The notes: generated by a model not told the origin, from the sequence alone. DNA of 51,922 nucleotides from Candidatus Kaiserbacteria bacterium RIFCSPHIGHO2_01_FULL_54_36 (GCA_001781105.1 MFKV01000031.1:1-51922), one strand, 5' to 3'; counted from the first letter of the stretch, positions 9,369-17,742 are shown. Numbers and translations are program-made.

Positions 9369-11050
9369 GCGCGCTCGACGCAGTAGATCTCATTTGCGTG
9401 CGTCGGAATGAAAAAACGCTTCGTTCGCGGGTTATATACAACACGATTGGTGATGCGCTCCGACATCGCTAGATACGAGCGCTCTTCGCCAGTCCTCGGA
9501 TCGAGTTCAGTGCATCGTCCGGTATTCGCGCCGATGAAAATGCTCCCCTCGATCAGGGCCGGAGAGGCGAAGATGCGAGCACCACCGTACCAGCGCCACT
9601 TTTCTTTGCCACTTTTGATGTCGAGCGCATATACATATTTATCGAGAGACCCGATATATGCGGTGTCGCCTACAATAAGCGGCGTCGAGTAGAATCCGGC
9701 GCCGGCGCTAAAAACAGCGCGCTCTGTACCGCGCGTGCGGTCAATGAAGTACACGCGACCCGCGATAGTGCCGAAGACAAGGACATCATGCTGCTCCGAA
9801 TATGCGAATGACTCCTTAATATCATTCTTGCCGAAACCTGCGTCTGACTTTTCTCCTGGTACCATCGTATCGAATTTCCATACGAGTGTGCCGCTTTGCG
9901 CATCAAAGAGGTACGCGCTACCATCATTGGAGCCGATCACAACCTGCCGGTGCATTGGTATATAGAGGGGAGATGAGTGCGTATACAGAGGCATAGAATA
10001 GCCCCATTTTTTCTTTCCCGTCTTGAGATCGAGGGCGACGATGCCGCCACGTTTGCGCCATAGTCCGAATTCAAGGCCGACGAAGAGGAGGCCAAGATCC
10101 TCTGCGATCGCGGGCGAGGAGCCGACCCAGTCGGCCTCGTAGGAGATCCATTTTCGATTTCCAGTCTTTGCATCGAGCGCATAGACGTTGCCGTCGTAGG
10201 CCCCGAAGTAGACGACACCGTCGTGCACGGCTGGGGAAGAGAATATACCTTTACCTTCTGGATGGAAGCCGACACGATACGACCACGCGACACTCCCGTC
10301 TTCCTGCCGAAGGCCCCACATTACGCCATCGTCACTGCCCATGTATACGTTCTCCTCATCAATAGCGGGATCTGATTTGGGGACAACATGGAAAAAAGCG
10401 GGTTTGCCGCTCTCAAACTTCCACAGCATGGTGAAGCTACGTGTCGGCATTTTTTTCTCACCGACGACGAGGTTCTTCGTGCCGAGCGTTGCGGTGAAAT
10501 CATCGAGCGTAAAAAGCGAGATAATAGGGATGTTCTTATCCTTAAAATACGCATAGTACTCCTCGTCTCTGAAGCGAACCAAGATCCAGATCGCGTCGAC
10601 CCTGTGCCCCTGCGCTTCAAGCACCTCCACCTGCCGCACGAGGCTTTTGCCGCTGTTCATGAGATCGTCAACGAGTACGATCTTCTCCGTGGAGAGAGTG
10701 CCCTCGATCGTCTTCATAAGGCCGTCTTTCTTTCGACCCTTTCGTATGAAAAATCCAGTGGTGCCTTTGGGTCCCGCTGCGATCAATGCGGCGGCAAGCA
10801 GTGCGCCGGCCGTCTCAATGCAGCCGATCTGTATGCGCCCTCGCTCGCGCAGTGTCTGCCAAAAGAGTGCCGCAACATCCTGCATCACGTCGTGTCGCAG
10901 GAGAATATTTCGAAGATCAAAAAGCCACCCGCTCTCCCGTAGCTCTCCTTTTGGCGAGACGATATGGGCATCGGAAGCGCGCACGAAGGCCTCTGCCTCG
11001 ATCTTTTTCTTCAGGCGCTCTCGCGACTTCTTCAGATCTGTCGCACGCAT
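9365..11050 (-). CDS. fusion protein: OPRT-like phosphoribosyltransferase domain + PQQ-like (BamB-type) beta-propeller
   Basis: 561 aa. The N-terminal part has the PRPP loop 'KIVLVDDLMNSGKS'. The C-terminal ~350 aa have repeated 'G.VYALDAKTGN.KW' propeller blades. Confidence 0.7.
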   Translation of the reverse strand: MRATDLKKSRERLKKKIEAEAFVRASDAHIVSPKGELRESGWLFDLRNILLRHDVMQDVAALFWQTLRERGRIQIGCIETAGALLAAALIAAGPKGTTGFFIRKGRKKDGLMKTIEGTLSTEKIVLVDDLMNSGKSLVRQVEVLEAQGHRVDAIWILVRFRDEEYYAYFKDKNIPIISLFTLDDFTATLGTKNLVVGEKKMPTRSFTMLWKFESGKPAFFHVVPKSDPAIDEENVYMGSDDGVMWGLRQEDGSVAWSYRVGFHPEGKGIFSSPAVHDGVVYFGAYDGNVYALDAKTGNRKWISYEADWVGSSPAIAEDLGLLFVGLEFGLWRKRGGIVALDLKTGKKKWGYSMPLYTHSSPLYIPMHRQVVIGSNDGSAYLFDAQSGTLVWKFDTMVPGEKSDAGFGKNDIKESFAYSEQHDVLVFGTIAGRVYFIDRTRGTERAVFSAGAGFYSTPLIVGDTAYIGSLDKYVYALDIKSGKEKWRWYGGARIFASPALIEGSIFIGANTGRCTELDPRTGEERSYLAMSERITNRVVYNPRTKRFFIPTHANEIYCVERA

Positions 11051-11141
11051 TCAGCCAGTATACGCGGATAGCCGCGACACGGGAATTACTCCTCGTAGTA
11101 TGAGGCGGAATGTGCGCACGCCTCGTGATACACTTTTTTTG

Positions 11142-12350
11142 ATGAGAATCCTCATGATCGGGAAATATCCACCTATCGAAGGAGGTGTTTCTTCGCATAT
11201 ATATTGGCTTGCGCGGGGCTTAGGCGAAGCGGGTCATGAAGTCTCAGTAGTCACGAACGCGGGACGTGTCGAGGAGGACTACCGCATTTCTCTAGATGTA
11301 TCCGATCCCGAGTACCGGCCGAGGAACGTTTCGGTCTTCTCTCTCACGGATGCGCCGCCGCGTCACATACCTTTTTCGGAAGGATATGTGACGCGTCTCG
11401 TCGCCCTTGGCCTTCGCGCGATCGAGAAGAATGGCGCCGACGTCATCTATGCGCACTATCTTGAGCCCTATGGCGTCGCCGGACTCCTTCTGAAGCAACT
11501 AACCGGACTTCCGCTCGTCGTTTGCCACGCCGGGAGCGACATCTATAAACTTTTCAAGCATACGGACTATTCATATGTGCTCGGAAGGATCCTTCAAAGC
11601 GCGGATATCGCACTCATGTCTCACTCGCTTTTTGACGTTGCCAATGCGTTAGGGATCCCTCAAAAGCGCTTGCGCGCCATCCCTCCGCGCTCGCGCCACC
11701 CCGCATTCTCGCCGGAGGGGAAAGGTTTTGAGTTCCCGCACGGCTGGGCAAAAAAAGGAGTGCCGATCATCGTCTATCTCGGAAAAGCATCAAAACACAA
11801 GGGATTGCTGGAACTCTTGTCGGCGCTCGCACAAAGCACAAATGATTTTAGGCTCATGTTCGTCAGCAAAGGGCCGCTGTTGAAGGACATTCAAGAGAGG
11901 ATCGCGCGCAGCGCAGCGCTGAGAGAACGTGTCATGCTCTCGGATTTCATCCCGCCCTGGCGCGTGCCATCCCTTTTACGTTCGAGCGATCTACTCGTCC
12001 AATTAGAGAACCGGTTCCCCATCCCCATACATGGGCCCGGTCAGCCCGCTGAGGCGATCGCGTGTGGGACGCCGCTTCTCCTCTCGGAAGAGATGTATAA
12101 GAAACTTGAGCACTCATTCCCGCGCGGGCGCGCACAGTTCTCCATCGTGCCGGATCCGCAGGATATCGACGAGCTGCAGCGCGTCTTGAACGGCGCTCTC
12201 TTTGATCTTCCGCATGCGCGAAAAATCGCAGCGCCAGCCACTGAAGAGATGCACGCAACGAACGATTGGGATGCCTATGTCGCTACACACGTCGAGATAC
12301 TTGAGGATGCGATACGGTCTCGATCACTCCTCCGTATGTTTCGACACTGA
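11142..12350 (+). CDS. GT4-family (GT-B) glycosyltransferase
   Basis: The protein starts 'MRILMIGKYPPIEGGVSSHIYWLARGLGEAGHEVSVVT'. The long N-terminal extension in the ORF track (from 10647) is antisense to the PRTase gene and is rejected. Confidence 0.75.
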   Translation: MRILMIGKYPPIEGGVSSHIYWLARGLGEAGHEVSVVTNAGRVEEDYRISLDVSDPEYRPRNVSVFSLTDAPPRHIPFSEGYVTRLVALGLRAIEKNGADVIYAHYLEPYGVAGLLLKQLTGLPLVVCHAGSDIYKLFKHTDYSYVLGRILQSADIALMSHSLFDVANALGIPQKRLRAIPPRSRHPAFSPEGKGFEFPHGWAKKGVPIIVYLGKASKHKGLLELLSALAQSTNDFRLMFVSKGPLLKDIQERIARSAALRERVMLSDFIPPWRVPSLLRSSDLLVQLENRFPIPIHGPGQPAEAIACGTPLLLSEEMYKKLEHSFPRGRAQFSIVPDPQDIDELQRVLNGALFDLPHARKIAAPATEEMHATNDWDAYVATHVEILEDAIRSRSLLRMFRH

Positions 12351-12447
12351 CCATTACGATGGCGTTGACTTTTGTGGGAAACACGGCATTGTTTTTGTAC
12401 GCACGCTGGGAATGAGTCCCGGCCTGCCGTTTCCGAAGGAGGAAACC

Positions 12448-12687
12448 ATGCGCCTTATCAGCACTCTCGTGATCGGCGCCGCCTTGGCGGTGGCTCCGAC
12501 GTTCGTCAGTTCGCCGGTCCATGATTCCGGCGCGTTCGCCCAGATGGGGGGCAAGAAGAAGACAGCGAAGCCGCCGTCCAAGCCCAAGCCCAAGAAGACC
12601 TACGCCGAATGCCAACAGGAGGCGATCGACCTCGGCGGCATGGGCAGGGGCATGGGTGGACTCATGAGGCGCTGCCTGGGTGGCTGA
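12448..12687 (+). CDS. small secreted Lys-rich protein with a PsiF-like C..EA..G......CL unit
   Basis: 79 aa. AAGGAGGA lies 5 nt before the ATG. Signal peptide 'MRLISTLVIGAALAVAPTFV', then 'KKTYAECQQEAIDLGGMGRGMGGLMRRCLGG'. The gene looks GC-rich by eye. Confidence 0.55.
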   Translation: MRLISTLVIGAALAVAPTFVSSPVHDSGAFAQMGGKKKTAKPPSKPKPKKTYAECQQEAIDLGGMGRGMGGLMRRCLGG

Positions 12688-12708
12688 TCCAGCTCCCAAG
12701 GCATCGCA

Positions 12709-12735
12709 GGCTCCGGCTCACGCCGGGGCCTTTTT
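12709..12735 (+). terminator. intrinsic terminator after the small secreted-protein gene
   Basis: GGCTCCGGC-tcac-GCCGGGGCC (9 bp) followed by TTTTT. Confidence 0.7.
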
Positions 12736-12775
12736 CTATACGTTACAAATGCTGCGTAGTTTCGCCTTCGCCACT

Positions 12776-13660
12776 TCATCCACCTCGGCTATTCCTCGCG
12801 GATCCGACGAGCCTAGAGGATTCCACAATTTGTTTTGCACGCCGGAGGTCCTTCATCACGAGGTCTTCGAACTCTTCCCCGAAGTTCTCGTCGCGTTCGA
12901 TGATGAGCGCGCGGATATTCGCATGCATCGCAACGTACTCGAGAAGAGGCCAGACGCCCTCGTTGTCGCCCGAGATGCCCTGTGAATGCGAATCATAGAA
13001 AACACCCTCATGTATCTCGCCGCCGGCAAGGTGTATGTGCACGAGATTTTGGAGGGGATACTGCCGCACCAGCTGCATGGCGTCTTTCTTCTGATTGAAT
13101 GCATTAATAAAGACGTTAGTTACGTCGAGAAGGAGGCCGCAGCCAGTTTTTTCGCAGACGCGCGAGATGAATTCCGGCTCTTCGTAATCGGCCTCGGGGA
13201 TGGTAAACGGGGCGGTGATATTCTCAAGGACGAGCGGCTTGCCGATGAATTGCTGTATCTGGTCGACACGGCTGCACACATGCGCAAGCATTTCCTTGGT
13301 GAACCAGAGCGGCGAGAGATGGCCGATATCGAGCATGTCATCGTCGTGGGTAAGCGCGTAGTGGTCGCTGTAGTAGTAGGCACCCACATCATCGGTAAGC
13401 CATTTCATATCCCTAAGGTATTGCTCCGGTATCGGGGAGGCAGAGCCGATGGAGAGTTTGATGCCGTGCGGAATAACGCGGAAATAGGACTTCGCTTTTT
13501 CCAGGTATGCGATATTTCTCGCGATCCTGTCAGAGAAGAACTTATCGGAAATGATCTCCACGGTGTCTATCTCTCTGCTCCGCGCAAACGTCTCATCGGA
13601 GATGTCGCTCCGGAGGCCTATGCCGCATCCGATATAGGGGATTTTCGCGAGCTCGTGCAT
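12776..13660 (-). CDS. DUF692/UPF0276 (MbnB/TglH/ChrH/BufB-type) TIM-barrel iron enzyme
   Basis: Conserved blocks HGIKLSIGS, SDHYAL, LVLENIT, LLLDVTNVFINA, VHIHLAGG, YDSHSQG and IIERDEN. ATG 13660 lies 4 nt after the upstream stop. The ORF-track start at 13717 is rejected. Confidence 0.85.
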   Translation of the reverse strand: MHELAKIPYIGCGIGLRSDISDETFARSREIDTVEIISDKFFSDRIARNIAYLEKAKSYFRVIPHGIKLSIGSASPIPEQYLRDMKWLTDDVGAYYYSDHYALTHDDDMLDIGHLSPLWFTKEMLAHVCSRVDQIQQFIGKPLVLENITAPFTIPEADYEEPEFISRVCEKTGCGLLLDVTNVFINAFNQKKDAMQLVRQYPLQNLVHIHLAGGEIHEGVFYDSHSQGISGDNEGVWPLLEYVAMHANIRALIIERDENFGEEFEDLVMKDLRRAKQIVESSRLVGSARNSRGG

Positions 13661-13664
13661 ACAA

Positions 13665-14141
13665 TTAAATAAAGACGCTTCGGCCCGCGAGGCCGCGTCC
13701 GTACATAAGTTTTGCAACGCGAAAGAGATCGCCGAGGCTTGCGCGACCGAGCCTTCCGTACGCGCCGAGCAGTGAGGTCATTGAGAGCACCCCCCGATGT
13801 GCATAGATATCGCGCACAAGACGCGCGATATCCACAGAGATGGGAACGACGATCGGGTCCTCCGGCGCACCCCACACGAGTGCCGGCGAATCCTTCCAGA
13901 AAGGCATTAAGACGACGTAGTCGGTCCTCTTGAGGATCATTTTTGTCCTGCCTAAGCGCTTTCCGCGCAGATCTTTCTGGAAATGTCCGAGTTGCTCCAC
14001 AGGGAGGCCTCGGATCGCGCGCCGCTCCTTCTCGGTGAGTGAAAAAGGGGCAAGTACGCGCTCGGGGTCTCGCTCAAAATCCTTTAGGAGCGATTCGCTC
14101 GTGTAGAGGTTGAGAAGTGCGCGCTGAAAGTCGTAGAGCAT
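13665..14141 (-). CDS. small partner protein of the DUF692 enzyme (MbnC/DUF2063-like by position only)
   Basis: 158 aa, translationally coupled to the DUF692 gene. 'LYTSESLLKDFERDPERVLAPFSLTEKERRAIRGLPVEQL' is helical. Family not confirmed. Confidence 0.5.
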   Translation of the reverse strand: MLYDFQRALLNLYTSESLLKDFERDPERVLAPFSLTEKERRAIRGLPVEQLGHFQKDLRGKRLGRTKMILKRTDYVVLMPFWKDSPALVWGAPEDPIVVPISVDIARLVRDIYAHRGVLSMTSLLGAYGRLGRASLGDLFRVAKLMYGRGLAGRSVFI

Positions 14142-14161
14142 GGGCCGTGGTTATGCACACG

Positions 14162-14175
14162 AACGCCAAGGCGTT
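14162..14175. promoter_or_regulatory. palindrome AACGCC-AA-GGCGTT in the 59-nt divergent control region
   Basis: Perfect 6+6 inverted repeat between the partner/DUF692 operon and the peptide gene. Confidence 0.4.
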
Positions 14176-14183
14176 AGAGAGCC

Positions 14184-14198
14184 GTGCTATCATAGCAC
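14184..14198. promoter_or_regulatory. palindrome GTGCTAT-C-ATAGCAC overlapping the TATCAT -10 box of the peptide gene
   Basis: Perfect 7+7 inverted repeat. TATCAT (14188-14193) lies 7 nt before ATG 14201. Confidence 0.45.
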
Positions 14199-14200
14199 AT

Positions 14201-14524
14201 ATGTCTTCGCTCCCGCTTCTCAAGAGGGCCAGGCGCGTAATCAAGAGCGTCCTTGCCATACTGCTCGTCTCGATCGGAGCATTCATCGGCTTCAGTATGC
14301 AATCGCTGCGCTCGCTTGCCGGTTCGGCGCAAGAAAAAACCTCCACCGACAATGCGCGCATTGGCGCTGCCGCAGGGCTTCTCGGCACCCCTCGTGCGCA
14401 TGCGGATGTCGTTGACCCAAGCGGAGGCGATTCCCCCCCCGACCCTCTTGGCTGCGGATGCAATTGCAGTGAAGGAGGTGGTGACGGCGGTAGCGGCGAT
14501 GGTGACGACGGTGATGGCGGCTGA
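14201..14524 (+). CDS. candidate RiPP precursor: signal-anchored peptide ending DPLGCGCNCSEGGGDGGSGDGDDGDGG
   Basis: 107 aa from ATG 14201. Basic N-terminus plus the hydrophobic segment 'VLAILLVSIGAFIGF'. Three Cys codons at 14453-14467. The stop lies 2 nt before the next gene. Confidence 0.55.
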   Translation: MSSLPLLKRARRVIKSVLAILLVSIGAFIGFSMQSLRSLAGSAQEKTSTDNARIGAAAGLLGTPRAHADVVDPSGGDSPPDPLGCGCNCSEGGGDGGSGDGDDGDGG

Positions 14525-14526
14525 AT

Positions 14527-15576
14527 ATGACAACGCGCACTAGTTTACTAGCCGGGATTGTAGTCGTAGTCGTTCTTATAGGCGGAGCGGCATATTGGTG
14601 GCATAGCCAGTCCGCGGTGGAGCGTATTCTTGAGAGTCGCAGCGAAGGCGACTACGAAGAAGCAATCTTCGAAGCGGAACGGATCCAATCATCCGTATTC
14701 ATCCCCGCCGACGAAAAAGCGCTCGCGACCATCAATACGACGGCTCTTCGCTATGAGCTCTCGGGCAACGTCGAGGACGCGCTAGAGAGTATACGCGAAC
14801 TAAAAGGTATCGCAGGGGACGCCTCACTCTCCGCATACGTCCGTGCCGCAGCGCAGAATACGATCGCTCTCTGGTACCAGAACACGGGTAACGACAAGGC
14901 AGTTTTCGAAGAGATATTTAAAGATATGCCGTACAGTCAATACCTCGTCCCTACGAATCGTTCCGAGTCGATCCGTAATCTTCAGGTCGAGATCTATAAG
15001 AGCTATCCAAACGCACGCGACGGAATGACCATCGCCGGCAACTTTATGAAAACCGCATACAGCAGCGGCCGGAGTTCTACGAGAACCCGTCTTCTAGATA
15101 GCGCCCAAACATACCTTGTTGAAGCTCAAGCGCTGCTCGCAGAGGAGGGGGAAGGGGACAAAGCGTCCCAGTCGTACGTGGCTACGAGGTATTGGGAAGC
15201 GTATACCATTGGTGGCCTTGCTAATTTCGGTCGCGGAGATTACCGCAGCCAGTACCAGCAAAAATACGAAGATCTTCTATCGTTCTTGAAGAACGAGGGC
15301 GGATTCGACCAGAAGCGCTGGATCCCGATCACACTGTGGCGGTACGGCGTGTTCACGATGATAGTTCACAACGACAATGAAAAAGCTCGGGCCCTTTTTA
15401 CCGAGGCGGTACAGGCGATAGGAACCACCCCGACACCACAATCGAGTAATCTCGTTGCGCTGCTCAAGTCTTTCAAGGAGGAAAAAGAGAATGGCAATAC
15501 GAGCCGCGGAGTAAGGCATTTCGACCGCGCGGCAGCCTTATCACCGGAATTCAAAGCACTCGTCGACGGCATTTGA
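14527..15576 (+). CDS. N-terminally anchored all-helical repeat protein
   Basis: 349 aa with TM segment 'LLAGIVVVVVLIGGAAYWW'. No recognised family. It overlaps the next gene's start by 4 nt. Confidence 0.5.
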   Translation: MTTRTSLLAGIVVVVVLIGGAAYWWHSQSAVERILESRSEGDYEEAIFEAERIQSSVFIPADEKALATINTTALRYELSGNVEDALESIRELKGIAGDASLSAYVRAAAQNTIALWYQNTGNDKAVFEEIFKDMPYSQYLVPTNRSESIRNLQVEIYKSYPNARDGMTIAGNFMKTAYSSGRSSTRTRLLDSAQTYLVEAQALLAEEGEGDKASQSYVATRYWEAYTIGGLANFGRGDYRSQYQQKYEDLLSFLKNEGGFDQKRWIPITLWRYGVFTMIVHNDNEKARALFTEAVQAIGTTPTPQSSNLVALLKSFKEEKENGNTSRGVRHFDRAAALSPEFKALVDGI

Positions 15577-16394
15577 GCATGTCGTTCTTTGCGTGGGTGC
15601 GCGCGAAGCATAAGCGTGCCAGCGTTTTCCTTGCAACGATCGTGGTGCTCTGCCTCGTGCTTTTCGCATTGAATCCAATTGTCGTCACATACGAGCGCTC
15701 AGCGCTCGCACTGTTTCCCTCCGCTGAGCGCGCATTTTCATACGGGTCGCGTCACCTCGACTATGCCCACCCCTCTCTCTACAGCATCGACGACGCGGCG
15801 TATTTTTACCAAAAAGCCGCCGCACTCGACGCGGAGTACCCGTATGTGCACCATCAGCTTGCACGCATCTCGTTCTTGAAAGGGAATTTCCTACTTGCAC
15901 TCATCGATATCAATAAAGAGATCGAGATGTACGGAGACCAGGAACCAAACACGTATTACATCCGCGCGCTCATCAACGGCTACCGCGGCGACTACGCTGC
16001 TGCGGCATATGATTACGAGCGTTTTCTTGAAGTGTACCCGACGAACTGGGCAGCGCTAAACGACTACGCATGGGTCCTTCTGAAAGCCGGCGAACATGAG
16101 AGGGCGCGCGATGCGGCACTTCGCGGCCTTGAGTATTTTCCGGAAAATGCCTGGCTCTTGAATTCGCTCGCAATTGCTCTCTATGAGCTCGGGGAATATG
16201 AGGATGCACACGACGCTTCACAAAAAGCCGCTACCGCAGTGGCGCGCGTAAGCGAGTCTGAGTGGTCGCATGCGTATCCGGGCAATGACCCTGCTATTGC
16301 AGCGGAGGGACTTACCACGTTCAAAGGAGCAGTCGAAAAGAATATGCACATGATAGAAGAACGGAGAATTTCCAGCGTGGTAGAATCAAAATGA
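15573..16394 (+). CDS. membrane-anchored TPR-repeat protein
   Basis: 273 aa with an N-terminal TM segment. TPR-like 'AAYFYQKAAALDAEYPYVHHQLA', 'YERFLEVYPTNWAALNDYAWVLLKAGEHERA' and 'GLEYFPENAWLLNSLAIALYELGEYEDA'. Confidence 0.7.
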   Translation: MSMSFFAWVRAKHKRASVFLATIVVLCLVLFALNPIVVTYERSALALFPSAERAFSYGSRHLDYAHPSLYSIDDAAYFYQKAAALDAEYPYVHHQLARISFLKGNFLLALIDINKEIEMYGDQEPNTYYIRALINGYRGDYAAAAYDYERFLEVYPTNWAALNDYAWVLLKAGEHERARDAALRGLEYFPENAWLLNSLAIALYELGEYEDAHDASQKAATAVARVSESEWSHAYPGNDPAIAAEGLTTFKGAVEKNMHMIEERRISSVVESK

Positions 16395-16397
16395 CGT

Positions 16398-17717
16398 ATG
16401 AAGTACCGCCCTCGGACTGCCTCGCTCTCTGTCGATGCGCTCTCGGTCACGCTCACGGTTTTTACAGCGATCCTTTTTGCGGTGGCTTTCTTCTCCCTCG
16501 TTGCCCATGCAACATTCGTTTCCAGTGAAGTCAAATTCACTGATGCCTCAGCAAGTGGACTTGCCATCATGCCCGCCTCGTGTGCATCCACCCCCTCGCA
16601 TGAGGTGTGTCGTCAAGCAATTACCGCTTATTGCCGAACGATAGATAATAACGAGGAGTGCACAACGACTAGGCAGCAAACCGGCACCGATGGGAATCCT
16701 CAAGGAGGATGGCAGCCCCGATTTGAGACTGTATGCACGACTTTTTCAGCAGGCCCTAACCCGCACTTTGTGGGCGAATGCGACCTCCCTGATCAGTGCC
16801 CCAATATGATTGGCTATCAATCGTCCACAAGCGAGTGCCCAGATGGCCCTACCGACGCCTGCCCCAACATGGCCGGCATCCAATCATCTCCCAGCGATTG
16901 TCCAAGCACTTCCAGATATTCCTGCAACGCTGGCAATCAGTGTGTGCAGGATTCGAGCGGCCCGTACACTTCATCGAGTTGCAACAATGAATGCGTTCCC
17001 GATTCCTGTCCGCTCCCGCGCCAGATCATCGGCGGCGTATGCCGCTGTGACGACGGATATACCTACAATTCAGCGACCAACCAATGCGTTCCCGATTCCT
17101 GTCCGCTCCCGCGCCAGATCATCGGCGGCGTATGCCGATGTCCCGCAGGGTACACATACCAAAGCAGTACCAATCAATGCATATTCGACAACTGCCCGGC
17201 AGGGCAGGCGCGTAACCCGATAGATAATCAATGCCACGTGCTTTGCCCGAATGGGACAACATTTGCGCCCAACGACGACATCAACCAGTGCTCGCAGTGT
17301 GCTGCAAACATGGGACAGACATGCTTTGCTCACAATAGTTGCGGCATGCCGGGAGCTGCGGGAGTAGTGCAGTGCAGCGGCGCGTGCAGCGCTTTCCCGC
17401 CATCCGAGAATCTTTGCGTAGCTGCGCCGCGGATCATCACATGGCTCGTCCGACCGCTCCTGGTACAAAGCGGAAGCCCGACATTCCTCACCTGGAATAC
17501 CGCGAATGTTGCCTCCTGCAGTGTGAGCGGCACCAATGGCGACGGCAAACAGGGCGCGTCGTGCCCGCAGGGCTGGTGCGCCACTTCTGGCACACATCTG
17601 CAATCTGGGCCCATTTTAGGGCAGACCACATACATGCTCACCTGCATTGGCAACAACAACTCGACGATAGCGACAAGCTCGACTGTCAACATCGTGCCGG
17701 TGTTCCAGGAAAATTAG
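16398..17717 (+). CDS. anchored/secreted Cys-rich repeat protein with C-terminal Ig-like domain
   Basis: 439 aa with many C-x-C modules, including a duplicated 31-aa unit 'NQCVPDSCPLPRQIIGGVCRC'. The C-terminal ~100 aa are beta-rich. Confidence 0.55.
   Translation: MKYRPRTASLSVDALSVTLTVFTAILFAVAFFSLVAHATFVSSEVKFTDASASGLAIMPASCASTPSHEVCRQAITAYCRTIDNNEECTTTRQQTGTDGNPQGGWQPRFETVCTTFSAGPNPHFVGECDLPDQCPNMIGYQSSTSECPDGPTDACPNMAGIQSSPSDCPSTSRYSCNAGNQCVQDSSGPYTSSSCNNECVPDSCPLPRQIIGGVCRCDDGYTYNSATNQCVPDSCPLPRQIIGGVCRCPAGYTYQSSTNQCIFDNCPAGQARNPIDNQCHVLCPNGTTFAPNDDINQCSQCAANMGQTCFAHNSCGMPGAAGVVQCSGACSAFPPSENLCVAAPRIITWLVRPLLVQSGSPTFLTWNTANVASCSVSGTNGDGKQGASCPQGWCATSGTHLQSGPILGQTTYMLTCIGNNNSTIATSSTVNIVPVFQEN
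16990..17044 (+). repeat. 55-nt perfect direct repeat, copy 1 (inside the Cys-rich gene)
   Basis: Identical to 17083-17137. The offset is 93 nt, i.e. 31 codons. Confidence 0.95.
17083..17137 (+). repeat. 55-nt perfect direct repeat, copy 2
   Basis: Identical to 16990-17044. Confidence 0.95.
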
Positions 17718-17742
17718 AACCACGGAGTGGTATAGTCACCGT

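Noticed and set aside
10647-11141. The 165-codon N-terminal extension of the glycosyltransferase ORF in the six-frame track.
   Set aside because: It is antisense to the PRTase-propeller gene and has junk-like composition. The GT4 N-terminus MRILMIGKYPP at 11142 is canonical and is preceded by a TGaTACACT box 7 nt upstream.
12448-12687. The small secreted two-Cys protein as the DUF692 substrate.
   Set aside because: It is convergent rather than co-oriented or divergent with the enzyme pair. It has its own SD and terminator. Its C..EA..G......CL pattern looks like a PsiF-type repeat of proteobacterial origin. The divergently paired CGCNC peptide at 14201-14524 is the better candidate, but this one is not fully excluded.
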